From Deferribacterales bacterium (lineage in GTDB: Bacteria; Chrysiogenota; Deferribacteres; Deferribacterales; Geovibrionaceae), in contig JBFWLW010000008.1 of NCBI GenBank assembly GCA_050251945.1, positions 1 to 64,000 on the forward strand: 64,000 nt of DNA, in the 5' to 3' direction. Position 1 is the stretch's first letter. Every line of letters begins with the position of its first letter. The translations under genes were made by a program, and so were the position numbers. Shown here piece by piece: positions 17,600-27,420 of the stretch. The notes below the pieces were generated by a model. The model searched no databases. It worked only from the letters and a program-made list of their open reading frames with translations, and was not told the origin of the DNA.

Positions 17600-19717
17600 T
17601 CAGTTTGCCGCCAGGTCGGCGATGGAAAGATCTAAAAGTAACGCTGCATAATTGGGGTTATGGAAACCGCCGCTTCTGTCGTACAGAAGATAATTATAGT
17701 TGTATGCCGCACGGTTGAGTGCTGTTGTGAGCGCTGTTGTCGATGCACTGTAGCTCGCTGCTATCGCAGTGCCGGAAGCAACTCCCGCTTTTGCATTGAT
17801 GGCAGCTTTAAGCTGATCCATTTTGTCTCTCACGTCTGCAACCCGTCCGTCATATTCGTAATGTCCGTCGGTATATGTGGGCGAAGTTGTGTGACATCCG
17901 GAAACCACGCAGTTTGTAATACGTGCCGCGGGGTCGTCGTGCATATCAAGTTCGTGTGTCGCTTCTCCGTTCTCTTTCATGTGGCAAGTGGCACACTGAG
18001 CGCCAAGACCGGAGTGAATGGACTTTGTATAGCCAAGGCTTTCACCGTATTCATAACCGCCGATACCCTGCATGAATTCTGCCTGAGTGTTGTGCGGGAT
18101 AGTTCCCACAGATGGAAGCGATACTTCCGCGTTGTGGCAGTAATAGCAGAGCTTGCTTGTTCCGACGCTGGCAGTGGTGCCGTCGGGAAGAGTGTAACTT
18201 CCGGTTGTTCTAAGCTGTGAAGCAAGTCCGCTTTCGCCGTGGGGGTCATGGCATACGGAACAGCCGATACCGGATATGCTTTCGGTATTCGACGGGGTTG
18301 TGTCAACGTTAAAGATACGTCCCATCATGCCTTCGCCGGTGTGGCATTTGAAGCATGATGAGTTTCTTGCAACGTTGCCGTTTGCGAGAGTATGAGATTT
18401 ATCATGAGTATCTGAATATTTAAATTCATGCCCGCTCACACCGCTGTAATCGTGGCATGTGAGGCACACGTTGGAAGTTGTGGGTGTTTTGTCATAGTGC
18501 CTGTCGAAGAACCCGCCGCTCACCCCTGCGTTGGGTCCGTGGCAAGCCTCGCAAGTGACACCCTGAAGGTGTGTCGCGCCTGTCGCCGCCATGGTCGTCC
18601 AGTTGGTTACCTTCTCGTCGTAACCTGCGGCAGCGTAGCCGTCATATCTGAAACCTGTGGCATGGCACTGATAGCAAGTTGAATCCGTTTCACCTGAAAT
18701 ATCTGCGAACGCCTGACCGTGGGCGGATGCACCCCACGGAGTGACCATATCGCGCAGAAGCTGACGTCCGTATTTGTCAACTACTGTTGATGAAGCGTAT
18801 GCTCCTGTGTGACATTCCAGATAGCACATTGCTGTGCCTGCGCCCTGATCGGCAGTGTATGTGAGAGCAAATATATTCTTTGTTTCCGTGGTGGTTGTGC
18901 CGTTTACGCCGTTAAGAGTGAGGCTGAGTTTGTATGTTCCCGCAACGTCAGGAACCAGATAAACGCCTGTTCCGCTGTATGTCAGTGTTGCGGACGAACC
19001 TGACGGTTTGGAAGCCAGTGTCCATATATAAGATGAAACGCTTTCGCCGAAGACGACCTCATCAATATCGGCGAAAATACTTTCGCCTGTCTGAACGTGG
19101 TCAATACCGCGCGAAGTGTCAGGAAGCGAGTTGCCCGACGGGTCAAGAAGCGTTGATGTTGCGGCTGAATAGCTGACAGCTTCCAGTTTTATTATGCCGG
19201 ATAAAGATGATTCCGATGTCTGGCTTTTGTATCCTGCGAAATAATCTCCAACAAGTGAAGCGGTCGCAGAAACGTCACTGCCGGAACCGTGTGCAGTGGT
19301 AAACTCCGTTACGCTGTCTCCCAGCGAGCAGAAAACTGAATCCGACGCAGAGCCGCCTTCCGAAGCCAGTATGTTTGCATCATAAGGCACTGTTATGGTT
19401 GCCGGAACGGTGCTTTCCAGCCCGTCCACGGTAATTTTATAAAGTGAGGAGAGCGATATATATCCGCCAACGGAATAGCTTGCCTCCGCTTTTTCAATCG
19501 TGACCGTTTTCCCGGCAAGTTCGTCAGAAGTGGCGCTGACGGAAAATCCTTCCAAATCGCCGCTGCCGACGTAGTTCAGCACACCGTCAGAACCGACCTG
19601 CACGGTTACGATTATACTTGTATCATCATTTATGGAGCTTTTAACGTCTCCGTTGCCCAAACAGCCCGTCAGGGCAAAAAGCGACATAGCTGCAAGCAGA
19701 AATTTAATAAATCTCAT
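17600..19717 (-). CDS. Large multiheme cytochrome lipoprotein (7 CXXCH + CX3CH + CX4CH) with N-terminal Ig/PKD-like beta domains
   Basis: Lipobox LTGC; YIWTLASKPSGSSATL PKD-like motif; heme motifs including CYLECH and CVVSGCH; helical C-terminus D.SGGFHN. Confidence 0.85.
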   Translation of the reverse strand: MRFIKFLLAAMSLFALTGCLGNGDVKSSINDDTSIIVTVQVGSDGVLNYVGSGDLEGFSVSATSDELAGKTVTIEKAEASYSVGGYISLSSLYKITVDGLESTVPATITVPYDANILASEGGSASDSVFCSLGDSVTEFTTAHGSGSDVSATASLVGDYFAGYKSQTSESSLSGIIKLEAVSYSAATSTLLDPSGNSLPDTSRGIDHVQTGESIFADIDEVVFGESVSSYIWTLASKPSGSSATLTYSGTGVYLVPDVAGTYKLSLTLNGVNGTTTTETKNIFALTYTADQGAGTAMCYLECHTGAYASSTVVDKYGRQLLRDMVTPWGASAHGQAFADISGETDSTCYQCHATGFRYDGYAAAGYDEKVTNWTTMAATGATHLQGVTCEACHGPNAGVSGGFFDRHYDKTPTTSNVCLTCHDYSGVSGHEFKYSDTHDKSHTLANGNVARNSSCFKCHTGEGMMGRIFNVDTTPSNTESISGIGCSVCHDPHGESGLASQLRTTGSYTLPDGTTASVGTSKLCYYCHNAEVSLPSVGTIPHNTQAEFMQGIGGYEYGESLGYTKSIHSGLGAQCATCHMKENGEATHELDMHDDPAARITNCVVSGCHTTSPTYTDGHYEYDGRVADVRDKMDQLKAAINAKAGVASGTAIAASYSASTTALTTALNRAAYNYNYLLYDRSGGFHNPNYAALLLDLSIADLAAN

Positions 19718-19735
19718 ATCATCCTCTTTTTGCCG

Positions 19736-20701
19736 TTACTCGGAAGACATGTCTTCCAGAGCCTCCAGCAGATCCTTTGCTTCTTCCGGGTCGTGGCATT
19801 TTGCACAGAGCGCCTCGCGTCCGCCTTCAACAGACAGCAGTTTATCGTTGTCCGAGAAGTGGGGGCTGTGGCAGTCCGCACAGTCGATATCTTTATTAAG
19901 CTTTTCCACCTTCACTCCGGACGTGGGGTGAGTTTTCATATAGCTTGTGCTGTGTATGCTCTCTGAATCGTGACATTCAAAGCAAAGCTCGCCCGGCTGC
20001 TTTCTCAGGTGTGTCCTGTTGGTGGATTTATGGGGCGAATGGCATATGGTGCAGTAACCCTCTATAACGGGAGCGTGTACCATAGGCATTGTATCAATCT
20101 TCTCTTTCATCGTCGTGTGGCACTTAAGGCAGGTATCGGCAAACGGTTCCTGCGGAATAAAGTTGTTCTCTTTTTCGTGGCAGAAGAAACATTTTGCCTC
20201 CGCAACGGGTTTATGCACCCATGCGCCAAGGAATTTGTCGCTGTGGCAGTTCACGCAGTCGCTGAGATTCTCAAACTTATGACAATTAAGGCATATCTCT
20301 TTGTTGGTGCTTGAGTGAAACCCGTTAACCCCTTCTGTCCAGTCGGCAACCTTAGCCGCGGAATCGATCCTGTTGATTACAAACTTCTGAACATCGTCCC
20401 CCTGCGTGATAGTGATGTTGTTTACACCGTCGTCAAGACGCAGGATGGTCATCAGCATATAATAGTCACTGCCCTCTTTATCTTTGGCGCGTATCAGCTT
20501 TTTATCCATGATACTGCCGTTTATGTCTATGCGCACGGGCAGTGTGCTGTCCGAACGCCCGATAACGTGCATGTTGCTGACAGCCTTCATGTTCTGAGAC
20601 ATGGGAAAGATTACTTCCATCTTCGCCCACGCGGAAGAAGCAAAAAGCAGACTACTCAGAATCAATATTAAAGTTATCGGGAAGTTTGATCTCGTCCGCA
20701 T
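19736..20701 (-). CDS. Octaheme c-type cytochrome (paired-CXXCH type) with N-terminal beta domain
   Basis: 8 CXXCH motifs, with H.PV..G.C..CH.PH pattern; signal peptide ending AWA. The start overlaps the upstream TPR gene by 50 nt. Confidence 0.85.
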   Translation of the reverse strand: MRTRSNFPITLILILSSLLFASSAWAKMEVIFPMSQNMKAVSNMHVIGRSDSTLPVRIDINGSIMDKKLIRAKDKEGSDYYMLMTILRLDDGVNNITITQGDDVQKFVINRIDSAAKVADWTEGVNGFHSSTNKEICLNCHKFENLSDCVNCHSDKFLGAWVHKPVAEAKCFFCHEKENNFIPQEPFADTCLKCHTTMKEKIDTMPMVHAPVIEGYCTICHSPHKSTNRTHLRKQPGELCFECHDSESIHSTSYMKTHPTSGVKVEKLNKDIDCADCHSPHFSDNDKLLSVEGGREALCAKCHDPEEAKDLLEALEDMSSE

Positions 20702-21527
20702 GCTTCTTGTCTCCATTTGCTTCATAAATAGTTTTCAAATAATAATTAAGTCTGTTTTCAGATCTGTATTTTCCTTTAAGCCCTGTAAGTATCTCAAGAG
20801 CTTTCTTATTGTCGCCTCCGAGATAGTAGGCGAGTCCGGTGTAGAACTTACATTCGTTGTCCGTGCAGGTTGAAAGAACCTCAAGCGCCTTGTCGGGCGA
20901 TTTGAGCCTGAGATACGTCTGACCGAAAAGGAGTTTGCCCTTGTCGTCAAGTTTTGACGCGTCTATTGAGTTGAGTTCCTTAAGCGCCGCTTCCGTCTCG
21001 CCCTTTTTGGCGAGAAGAAGAACGAAGTTCATTCGGGGGACTATCTTTTTATAGTTCTCCGCGCTCTCCGCCATTTTCAGTTTATCTTCAAGCTCTTTTG
21101 CATCCATTCTGCCTGAAATGAAATCCAGATAGATGCCGACCTTGATGTTAAAACTGCTTTCGCTGTCTATAGAGCCTATCAGTTTGTTCTTTTTATAAAA
21201 CTCCATATAGGGCAGGTGTTTATCTGTAACACCTTTATAGATGAAGCTTTCGTCTCTGCTGCCTCTGAACCCGTCTGCAACGTTTTCAAACGTGGAAGCC
21301 GAGCTTTCGGCGCCGACACACGTCACGGCGTTGTGCGCTTCGCACTCTTTCAGAAAGTCTGCGAACAGACTGACGTTAAATCTGTTATTACTGTCAAAAT
21401 ACAGTACAGCGCGGTTCTCGCTTAAAGGTTTTGATGTCTTAAAAACTGGTTTAAGTTCATCCGCCGCCGCCGCCTGAGAAAATATCAGCGCCGCAGCAAG
21501 CATTCCTGCCGGTATTCTCAGTTTCAC
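20652..21527 (-). CDS. Secreted TPR-repeat protein
   Basis: Signal peptide (AAA-AD); TPR helices FGQTYLRLK..KALEVL and YTGLAYYLGG..KALEIL. Confidence 0.75.
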   Translation of the reverse strand: MKLRIPAGMLAAALIFSQAAAADELKPVFKTSKPLSENRAVLYFDSNNRFNVSLFADFLKECEAHNAVTCVGAESSASTFENVADGFRGSRDESFIYKGVTDKHLPYMEFYKKNKLIGSIDSESSFNIKVGIYLDFISGRMDAKELEDKLKMAESAENYKKIVPRMNFVLLLAKKGETEAALKELNSIDASKLDDKGKLLFGQTYLRLKSPDKALEVLSTCTDNECKFYTGLAYYLGGDNKKALEILTGLKGKYRSENRLNYYLKTIYEANGDKKHADEIKLPDNFNIDSE

Positions 21528-24500
21528 TTTTGCCCCTCTATTTTTTCAAGGTTGCGCTGTATCTCAAAAAGATTTTTGAGCACTTCAGCTTCCAGCATCT
21601 TTCTGTTGATCAGACTTCTGCTGTCCCTGAATTTCTTATCGTGATATTTCTCAAACAGGTCTTTCGCCTGCGTTTCGCCATGGCAAACAGAACAGAATTT
21701 CGCTTTAACATCTTTCTTAAGGAAGCTGTTGCTCAGGTCTCCTTCAACGCTGTAAGACGCCGCCATTGTGCCGCCCGCTTTCCAGACGTGGGGATTGTGG
21801 CATGTCTGACATGTGATGGAACCTTCAGCCGAAACAGTTCCCTTATCGTCGAACAGGTTCTCTTTGAATCTCTCCCTATAGGGGAATATCTTGAATATCC
21901 TGTCGTGCGTTATCTTTTCAGGTATTTTTTTATAGCCTACGCCGTCCGCTTTGTGGCAGTCGGTACACATTTCAAACGAGAACGGTGTCTTTCCATCCGG
22001 TTTGTATGCCCACATAAGCCTGTTATCCTTATGGAAGTTGTGGGGTGTGTGACAGGCATAACATACGTTCGCAGCAGCTTTCTTCTTATCATTTTCGTTC
22101 AGATAGTCAAGCTTTGCGAGGTTGTGCTTGGTCATATCCACAAGTTTCTGATCCTCGTGACATGCGAAGCATATGTTCTTTTCGCCCAAATCTCTGAGCA
22201 TACCCTTCTCAGGTCCGTGAGGTTCGTGGCAAGTTGCACACACAATGTTTCCGTCCTGAAGGTATATCTTCATATCTTTTTTCGGCTTCACATTCATCTT
22301 GTGGCTTGACGTGATGGCTGTTTTGGAAGCTATGCCGTCTGTGCTGTGGCAGCTTGAGCATATTTTTTCAAAGTCTTTGCCGTAGGACTTGCTGAAAAGA
22401 TAGTAGCCGCCGTCGCCGTGAACCTCATGACATGCGCCGCATGTATCGTCGGCAGCTTTAAGTTTGGCAACCTTGTCACTGTTCTTTTCAAATTTCTGCA
22501 CGTTGTGCGGTGAAGTTTTCAGAGTTTTCTGATCCTCGTGGCATCCGGCGCAGAAGTTACCGTTAACGGCAGTTATCTTCTTGTCAAGGAAGCTGTTCTG
22601 CACCGTACCCTCGTCACCCTTCTTCGGTCCGTTGTTGTGGACTGTGTGACAGGTCGAGCAGTAGATGAAGTATTCGCCGTCCTTTTGTGTCAGATATTTA
22701 TATTTGTCGTGTGCCTCTATCTTGCCCATCTTGTGTCCGCCGTCCACAGCTTTTTTGTCTGCGGAACCTTTCGGATTGTGGCAAGCGATGCAATTATCGT
22801 CTTTTGTTTTGTATGCGTATTCCACTGTCATCATGTTCACGTTGGTCTTTGCGTTGTGAACGCTGTGACACTGGGCGCATACCGGATCGGTATCCTTCTT
22901 GCGCACGTCGTGATCTGATCCGGCAACCTCTTTCTGTGTCTGGTGACATGCTGAACAGAACGAATCCTGATCGGCAAAGCCGCCCCTCATGAAGTCTTTA
23001 TCCAATGTGCCTTTCTTGGACTGTTTATGCGGATCGTGACAGCTCACGCATGTGAAGGTGCCGTCTTTTGTTGTTTTAAAGTCGCCTGTCATCTGCATTT
23101 TCGTCTTCATGTTGACAGGGTGGGAGTGTTCGCCTATGACCATCTTCTCTGCACTGCCGCCTTTTTTGTGGCAGTCCATACATCCGTCGTTCTCCGGCAC
23201 GGCAAGAAGTCTTTCGCTGTCGCTGTTGTGTACCTTGTGGCATGACAGACAGCTCTTCTCGTTCTTCTTGTCGCCGTGGGAAGTTTTGGCGATCATCTCT
23301 TTCTCTTTGTGACAGGTGATGCAGAGTGTGCCGTTCTGAGCGTCAATGCGAAGAGAATTCTTCTCTTTGCCGTGAACGTCGTGACATGTGGCGCACGTTA
23401 TCTCTGTTTTGCTGTCGTCAGAACCAAGCGTGGTGAAGAATCTTATTATCTTCTGGAACAGAGGCAGTTTTTCATTCTTCGGCATATCCTTTTTCAGGAC
23501 TTTGCCCACTGAGTGATTGAACTTTTTGGTATCGATTATCTTTTTATTGGCTATTCCGCCCTCGGAGTGACATCCGATGCATCCTTTTGTAAGGAGGTCA
23601 CCGTCACCCGCAAGACCGACGGACCAGCCGTGGGGAGCGTGGCAGCTCTGACATGTTCCCGCCTGCTGTGCGGATTTGCCGTCTTTCGTACGGAATCCTT
23701 TAGCAGTCAGCATGTCGTGTTTGCCGCCTACGATATCTTTCTTGTTATTGTGGCATGCGTAGCAGAGTTTGCTTTCTGCGTTGTCTTCAACAAGCAGTCC
23801 TTCCGCTTTTGCCTTGTGGGTGGAGTGGCATGTGGAGCAGATTACTTTTCCGTCCTTGCCGTATTTTCCGCCCTCGTTAACCATCGCCTGCATCTCAGCC
23901 TGTCTTCCGTGTTTCACGTTCACAGGGTGGTTCAGCAGCCCTTTCACATATTCGCCGCTGTTGGCATCAACAACGTTTTCGTGGCAGACGCCGCACACCT
24001 TGCCGCCGTCAAGGGGTTCGATAAGCAGTTTTTCGCCTTTTGGCGAGTGTGCAACGTGACAGCTTTCACAGACAACCTGTCCTTTGCTGCCGAGTTTGCC
24101 GTATCTGGATTTAACGGCAGCCGCCATACCGTCATAACCGCTCTGGGGCGCTTTCAGGGGGTGGCTTATGTTGCCGTCGTGACCTATGTCCTTGTGACAT
24201 GCCATACAGAGCTGTGAGTCGTAGTTCTCCATGCGGAGGAAAATGCTCTTGTCAATTCTGTCGTTTCTGGGATCGCCTGTGGAGTGCGCCGAGTGGCACG
24301 TGCGGCAGGCTATCTTACCTTTTTCAAGGGGGAGATTATTGGGGATGTTCATGTGTTCGGGTATCTTGTCGGAGAGTTTGTGCATACCGCCGGACCATAC
24401 CTGTACGCGGCTGTCGCCGACTGTTCCGTTGTGACAGCTGTAACACATTTTTTCCGCCGCAACCACCTTATCTTTCTGATAAGGAACAACTTCCGTTCCT

Positions 24501-24775
24501 TTCAGGTCGAAGAGGAACTGGGGCATCCATTCATAGTGGCAAAGCGCGCACTCTTTGGATGAATCAGGGTTGCTCTTTGTTATGTCAGCCGCAAAAGCGG
24601 ATGGGGAAGCAAACTCTGAAAATCTGTCAAAAACAGATTGAGATTGCTTCGCTGCGCTCGCAAAGACAGTCTGTCTCTGCGAGGAACAGAGTGACGAAGC
24701 AGTCTCGTTTATCTGAATAAAGCCTGTAAATGCCGACACAATTGTTATAACCAGTGCAAGGAGGAGCTTTTTCAT
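21524..24775 (-). CDS. Giant 28-heme c-type cytochrome (tandem paired-CXXCH repeats)
   Basis: 28 CXXCH motifs counted in 1083 aa, with recurring C..CH..H ... LC..CH units; Lys-rich; N-terminal hydrophobic segment. Confidence 0.92.
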   Translation of the reverse strand: MKKLLLALVITIVSAFTGFIQINETASSLCSSQRQTVFASAAKQSQSVFDRFSEFASPSAFAADITKSNPDSSKECALCHYEWMPQFLFDLKGTEVVPYQKDKVVAAEKMCYSCHNGTVGDSRVQVWSGGMHKLSDKIPEHMNIPNNLPLEKGKIACRTCHSAHSTGDPRNDRIDKSIFLRMENYDSQLCMACHKDIGHDGNISHPLKAPQSGYDGMAAAVKSRYGKLGSKGQVVCESCHVAHSPKGEKLLIEPLDGGKVCGVCHENVVDANSGEYVKGLLNHPVNVKHGRQAEMQAMVNEGGKYGKDGKVICSTCHSTHKAKAEGLLVEDNAESKLCYACHNNKKDIVGGKHDMLTAKGFRTKDGKSAQQAGTCQSCHAPHGWSVGLAGDGDLLTKGCIGCHSEGGIANKKIIDTKKFNHSVGKVLKKDMPKNEKLPLFQKIIRFFTTLGSDDSKTEITCATCHDVHGKEKNSLRIDAQNGTLCITCHKEKEMIAKTSHGDKKNEKSCLSCHKVHNSDSERLLAVPENDGCMDCHKKGGSAEKMVIGEHSHPVNMKTKMQMTGDFKTTKDGTFTCVSCHDPHKQSKKGTLDKDFMRGGFADQDSFCSACHQTQKEVAGSDHDVRKKDTDPVCAQCHSVHNAKTNVNMMTVEYAYKTKDDNCIACHNPKGSADKKAVDGGHKMGKIEAHDKYKYLTQKDGEYFIYCSTCHTVHNNGPKKGDEGTVQNSFLDKKITAVNGNFCAGCHEDQKTLKTSPHNVQKFEKNSDKVAKLKAADDTCGACHEVHGDGGYYLFSKSYGKDFEKICSSCHSTDGIASKTAITSSHKMNVKPKKDMKIYLQDGNIVCATCHEPHGPEKGMLRDLGEKNICFACHEDQKLVDMTKHNLAKLDYLNENDKKKAAANVCYACHTPHNFHKDNRLMWAYKPDGKTPFSFEMCTDCHKADGVGYKKIPEKITHDRIFKIFPYRERFKENLFDDKGTVSAEGSITCQTCHNPHVWKAGGTMAASYSVEGDLSNSFLKKDVKAKFCSVCHGETQAKDLFEKYHDKKFRDSRSLINRKMLEAEVLKNLFEIQRNLEKIEGQK
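24610..24726. mobile_element. In-frame 117-bp decayed REP-carrying element inside the 28-heme cytochrome gene
   Basis: Core 24640-24706 is the same palindromic repeat as 57641-57703. Outer ends CAAACT.. and ..CCTG match the terminal bases of the MITE at 4480-4710. Confidence 0.7.
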
Positions 24776-25656
24776 TTTGTCCCCCTCAGTTCGTATACTG
24801 AAACGGTTCTGGCAAAGCCGTCGACAACAGCCATGTAGCGTCCGTTTATTCTCATGTGTGTAACTGATTCAAAAATTACTTTTTTGCCGTTCTTATCTTT
24901 CAGAACGCCCATATATTTGCCGTCTGCATCGAAATACTGCACGGTTCCGTTGTATCCGTCGCCGACAAAAAGTATTTCACCGTTGAGCAGGGCTATCCCT
25001 GTGGGTCTGTAGAACTGCCCCTTGTCAATACCCCACTGTCCGATGAACTCATAGAACTTGAAATCCTTGGTTATCTTCTGTACGCGGGTTCCCAGAACCT
25101 CAGAAACATAAAGAACGCCTTTTTTATCCATCGCCATCGCAAAAGGATACCAGAACTGCAGTTTGTCCTGTCCATAGCCGCCAACAACGGCTTCCACAGC
25201 CTTTGTCCCCATATGGGTTTTGAGTATCCGGTGGTTGTCGTTATCCGCCGAATAAACGTAGCCTCCGGAAACAACGGCATCGGTGGGGTCATATTTCCCC
25301 TTAAGCCCGTGCGCGCCGAACGAACTGAACTTGTCCAGACCGCCTGTCAGCATGTCCAGAGTGTTTTCTGTACTGTTGCAGAAAAGGAAATAATTGCCGC
25401 TTTTAACAAGGCATGTGCCGCCCTTTAAAAAAGCCTTCTGTGTCGATCTGACAGCCTTTCCGTTTCTGTAAACCGTATACGAACCTGAATAGGCGTCGTA
25501 TATCCCTGTGCTTGAATCGCTTTCGACAACCGCATCTGCCGGAGCGGATTTATCGCCCAGCTTCACTTTATAGAGAAGTGATGCTGTCACCTGGGCAGCA
25601 TCACTTATTGCGGTAATACCAAAAAGCAGTAATACGGCGATTATCTTAATTTTCAC
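24772..25656 (-). CDS. Secreted NHL-repeat beta-propeller protein
   Basis: VYSADNDNHRI, FWYPFAMAMD and GQFYRPTGIA NHL motifs; signal peptide. Confidence 0.85.
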   Translation of the reverse strand: MKIKIIAVLLLFGITAISDAAQVTASLLYKVKLGDKSAPADAVVESDSSTGIYDAYSGSYTVYRNGKAVRSTQKAFLKGGTCLVKSGNYFLFCNSTENTLDMLTGGLDKFSSFGAHGLKGKYDPTDAVVSGGYVYSADNDNHRILKTHMGTKAVEAVVGGYGQDKLQFWYPFAMAMDKKGVLYVSEVLGTRVQKITKDFKFYEFIGQWGIDKGQFYRPTGIALLNGEILFVGDGYNGTVQYFDADGKYMGVLKDKNGKKVIFESVTHMRINGRYMAVVDGFARTVSVYELRGTK

Positions 25657-26506
25657 TCTCTGTTCCCTCTGCAGGTTTCAGGAAATTAGGTATATAGAAC
25701 TCTTTATACTTGTTGACCATACCCACAACCTCGTTGCCGACGAGCTGATTTGCTCTCCTTTCGGGATAGCCTATCTTCTCGAAAGGCAGATATGCCTTCA
25801 TACGGTCGGGAGTGTGGCAGTTCTCGCAGTTGACAGCGTTTTTAAGCTCTGTCATAGGTCTGTGGATAACCTTCATGGCGGCGCTTTTCGCTGTGGGAGC
25901 CATGTTGTTTACCTGACTTTTAAACTCGTCAACGTATTTTATCATCTGCTCGTTGTCATAAAGTCTGCTGCCGTCCGCATTCAGAGGCAGAAGCTTGTAA
26001 GGAGTGTCTTTCAGATAGGTTGCAAGGTCTATCTTGTCCACCTGTTTTCCGGTGGTTTTTTCATACCATACAAACTTTGTGGTCATGGTGTTGTTCACTT
26101 TTATGTGGCAAGTTTCGCAAGCCATGAAATATGCGTGCATGTTCAGGAAAGCTCTGACCTCTTTCTTTTTATCGTGAGGAACGTCTCCGTGGCATGAAAC
26201 GCAGAGGTTCTGTGAATCCTGAATCGCTTTTCTGTTTGTATCGTGGAAGTCGTAAAGCTTGTGGCTGCTGTTGATATCGACAACAGGCGCACCGTGTCCG
26301 CCCTCCTGACTTACGCCGGAAATCATCTCCTGATAGAGCTTATCCTCTTTTGAAAGTCCGGCTTCCGAATGCTCCGCATGAGGAGCCTTGTGCCAGATAT
26401 GCATCACAAGTATCTCAACTATGTAACCGCAGTAGACCATTATGGCTATGCCCAGAAGGCAGTAAATTATTCTTTTAGGTCCGACCTTAACGTGTTGGTG
26501 AGACAT
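25646..26506 (-). CDS. Membrane-anchored triheme c-type cytochrome
   Basis: N-terminal TM helix; CVSCH, CETCH, CENCH. Confidence 0.8.
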   Translation of the reverse strand: MSHQHVKVGPKRIIYCLLGIAIMVYCGYIVEILVMHIWHKAPHAEHSEAGLSKEDKLYQEMISGVSQEGGHGAPVVDINSSHKLYDFHDTNRKAIQDSQNLCVSCHGDVPHDKKKEVRAFLNMHAYFMACETCHIKVNNTMTTKFVWYEKTTGKQVDKIDLATYLKDTPYKLLPLNADGSRLYDNEQMIKYVDEFKSQVNNMAPTAKSAAMKVIHRPMTELKNAVNCENCHTPDRMKAYLPFEKIGYPERRANQLVGNEVVGMVNKYKEFYIPNFLKPAEGTESEN

Positions 26507-27408
26507 TATTTATCCCCCTTATCGTTCTTTTCGCTCTCCTGAAGGAAGCTTATCTGGTCTCTGATGATTTCGAGTTTCTCTTCATCTTCGAGTTTCTGCG
26601 CTTCCTGCTGTGCGTCAACGTCAAGCATGTATGTAGGGTCTTTTTCAACTATTTTGTTGATACGCGCCCATTCCACATAATATTCGTGCTTCATCAGGTT
26701 CTCCGGCAGATAGCCTGTAATGAACAGGTTTGATGCGGGGAACTTGTCATAGTTGACGTGGGCATTGTACATGTGCCAGATAAAGATAACGCTGACCGCA
26801 AGCATGGCCTCATCTGAGTGAGCGATGTAGCTTATGTTGACAGCCCAGCCCGGCATGAACGATGCTGCCCAGACAGGGAACCACAGAAAAACGCCTGTGA
26901 TACCGAGAACGGGAATACCCCAAAACACTGCCCAGTAGTCGAACTTCTCTCTCCAGTGGAATCTTTCGTGCTTCGGTCTCTCATCAGAGATGAAAAGCGC
27001 AAATTTAACAAAGTCCGCAATGTCCTTTCCGTCTTTTGCACGGGGACACATGGGCGAGTAGTATACGAAGAGCAGAAGCTCTTTCCAAGAGAAGGTTCCG
27101 CTTCTTTTCGCGGGACCATAGTAGTAGTTGTAAATGTTTTTGATCAGGTAATACCAGTGGTAAAAGAACAGACCGCACATGGTAACGCCTGCTATCCTGT
27201 GAAGTATTCTTGTAACATGCAGCCCGCCGAAGAAATCTATGATGGCAGGAGCCCAGTCATAGTAATGGAACTTCAGAGGGAATCCGGTGAGGGTCAGCAT
27301 CAGAAACGTCGTCATAAGGATATAGTGCTGAGCCTTCTGGTTGCCTGTTATCTTCAGGTAATGTTTTTTACCGTCTTTAATTTTTATCAGCGGCAGTTTT
27401 CTCATCAT
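26506..27408 (-). CDS. Integral membrane cytochrome b (FdnI/CbcB-like)
   Basis: QH..LM..F..L.LTGFP, LHRIAG, EKFDYWAVFWG, AHSDEA.LA and IWHMYN; conserved heme-b His residues in TM helices. Confidence 0.88.
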   Translation of the reverse strand: MMRKLPLIKIKDGKKHYLKITGNQKAQHYILMTTFLMLTLTGFPLKFHYYDWAPAIIDFFGGLHVTRILHRIAGVTMCGLFFYHWYYLIKNIYNYYYGPAKRSGTFSWKELLLFVYYSPMCPRAKDGKDIADFVKFALFISDERPKHERFHWREKFDYWAVFWGIPVLGITGVFLWFPVWAASFMPGWAVNISYIAHSDEAMLAVSVIFIWHMYNAHVNYDKFPASNLFITGYLPENLMKHEYYVEWARINKIVEKDPTYMLDVDAQQEAQKLEDEEKLEIIRDQISFLQESEKNDKGDK

Positions 27409-27420
27409 ATCGGTACCCTC

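Noticed and set aside
21530..24720. Long plus-strand ORFs opposite the cytochrome genes (also 8363-9202, 26818-27612, 33481-34407)
   Set aside because: These are antisense shadows of well-supported genes with no recognisable motifs.
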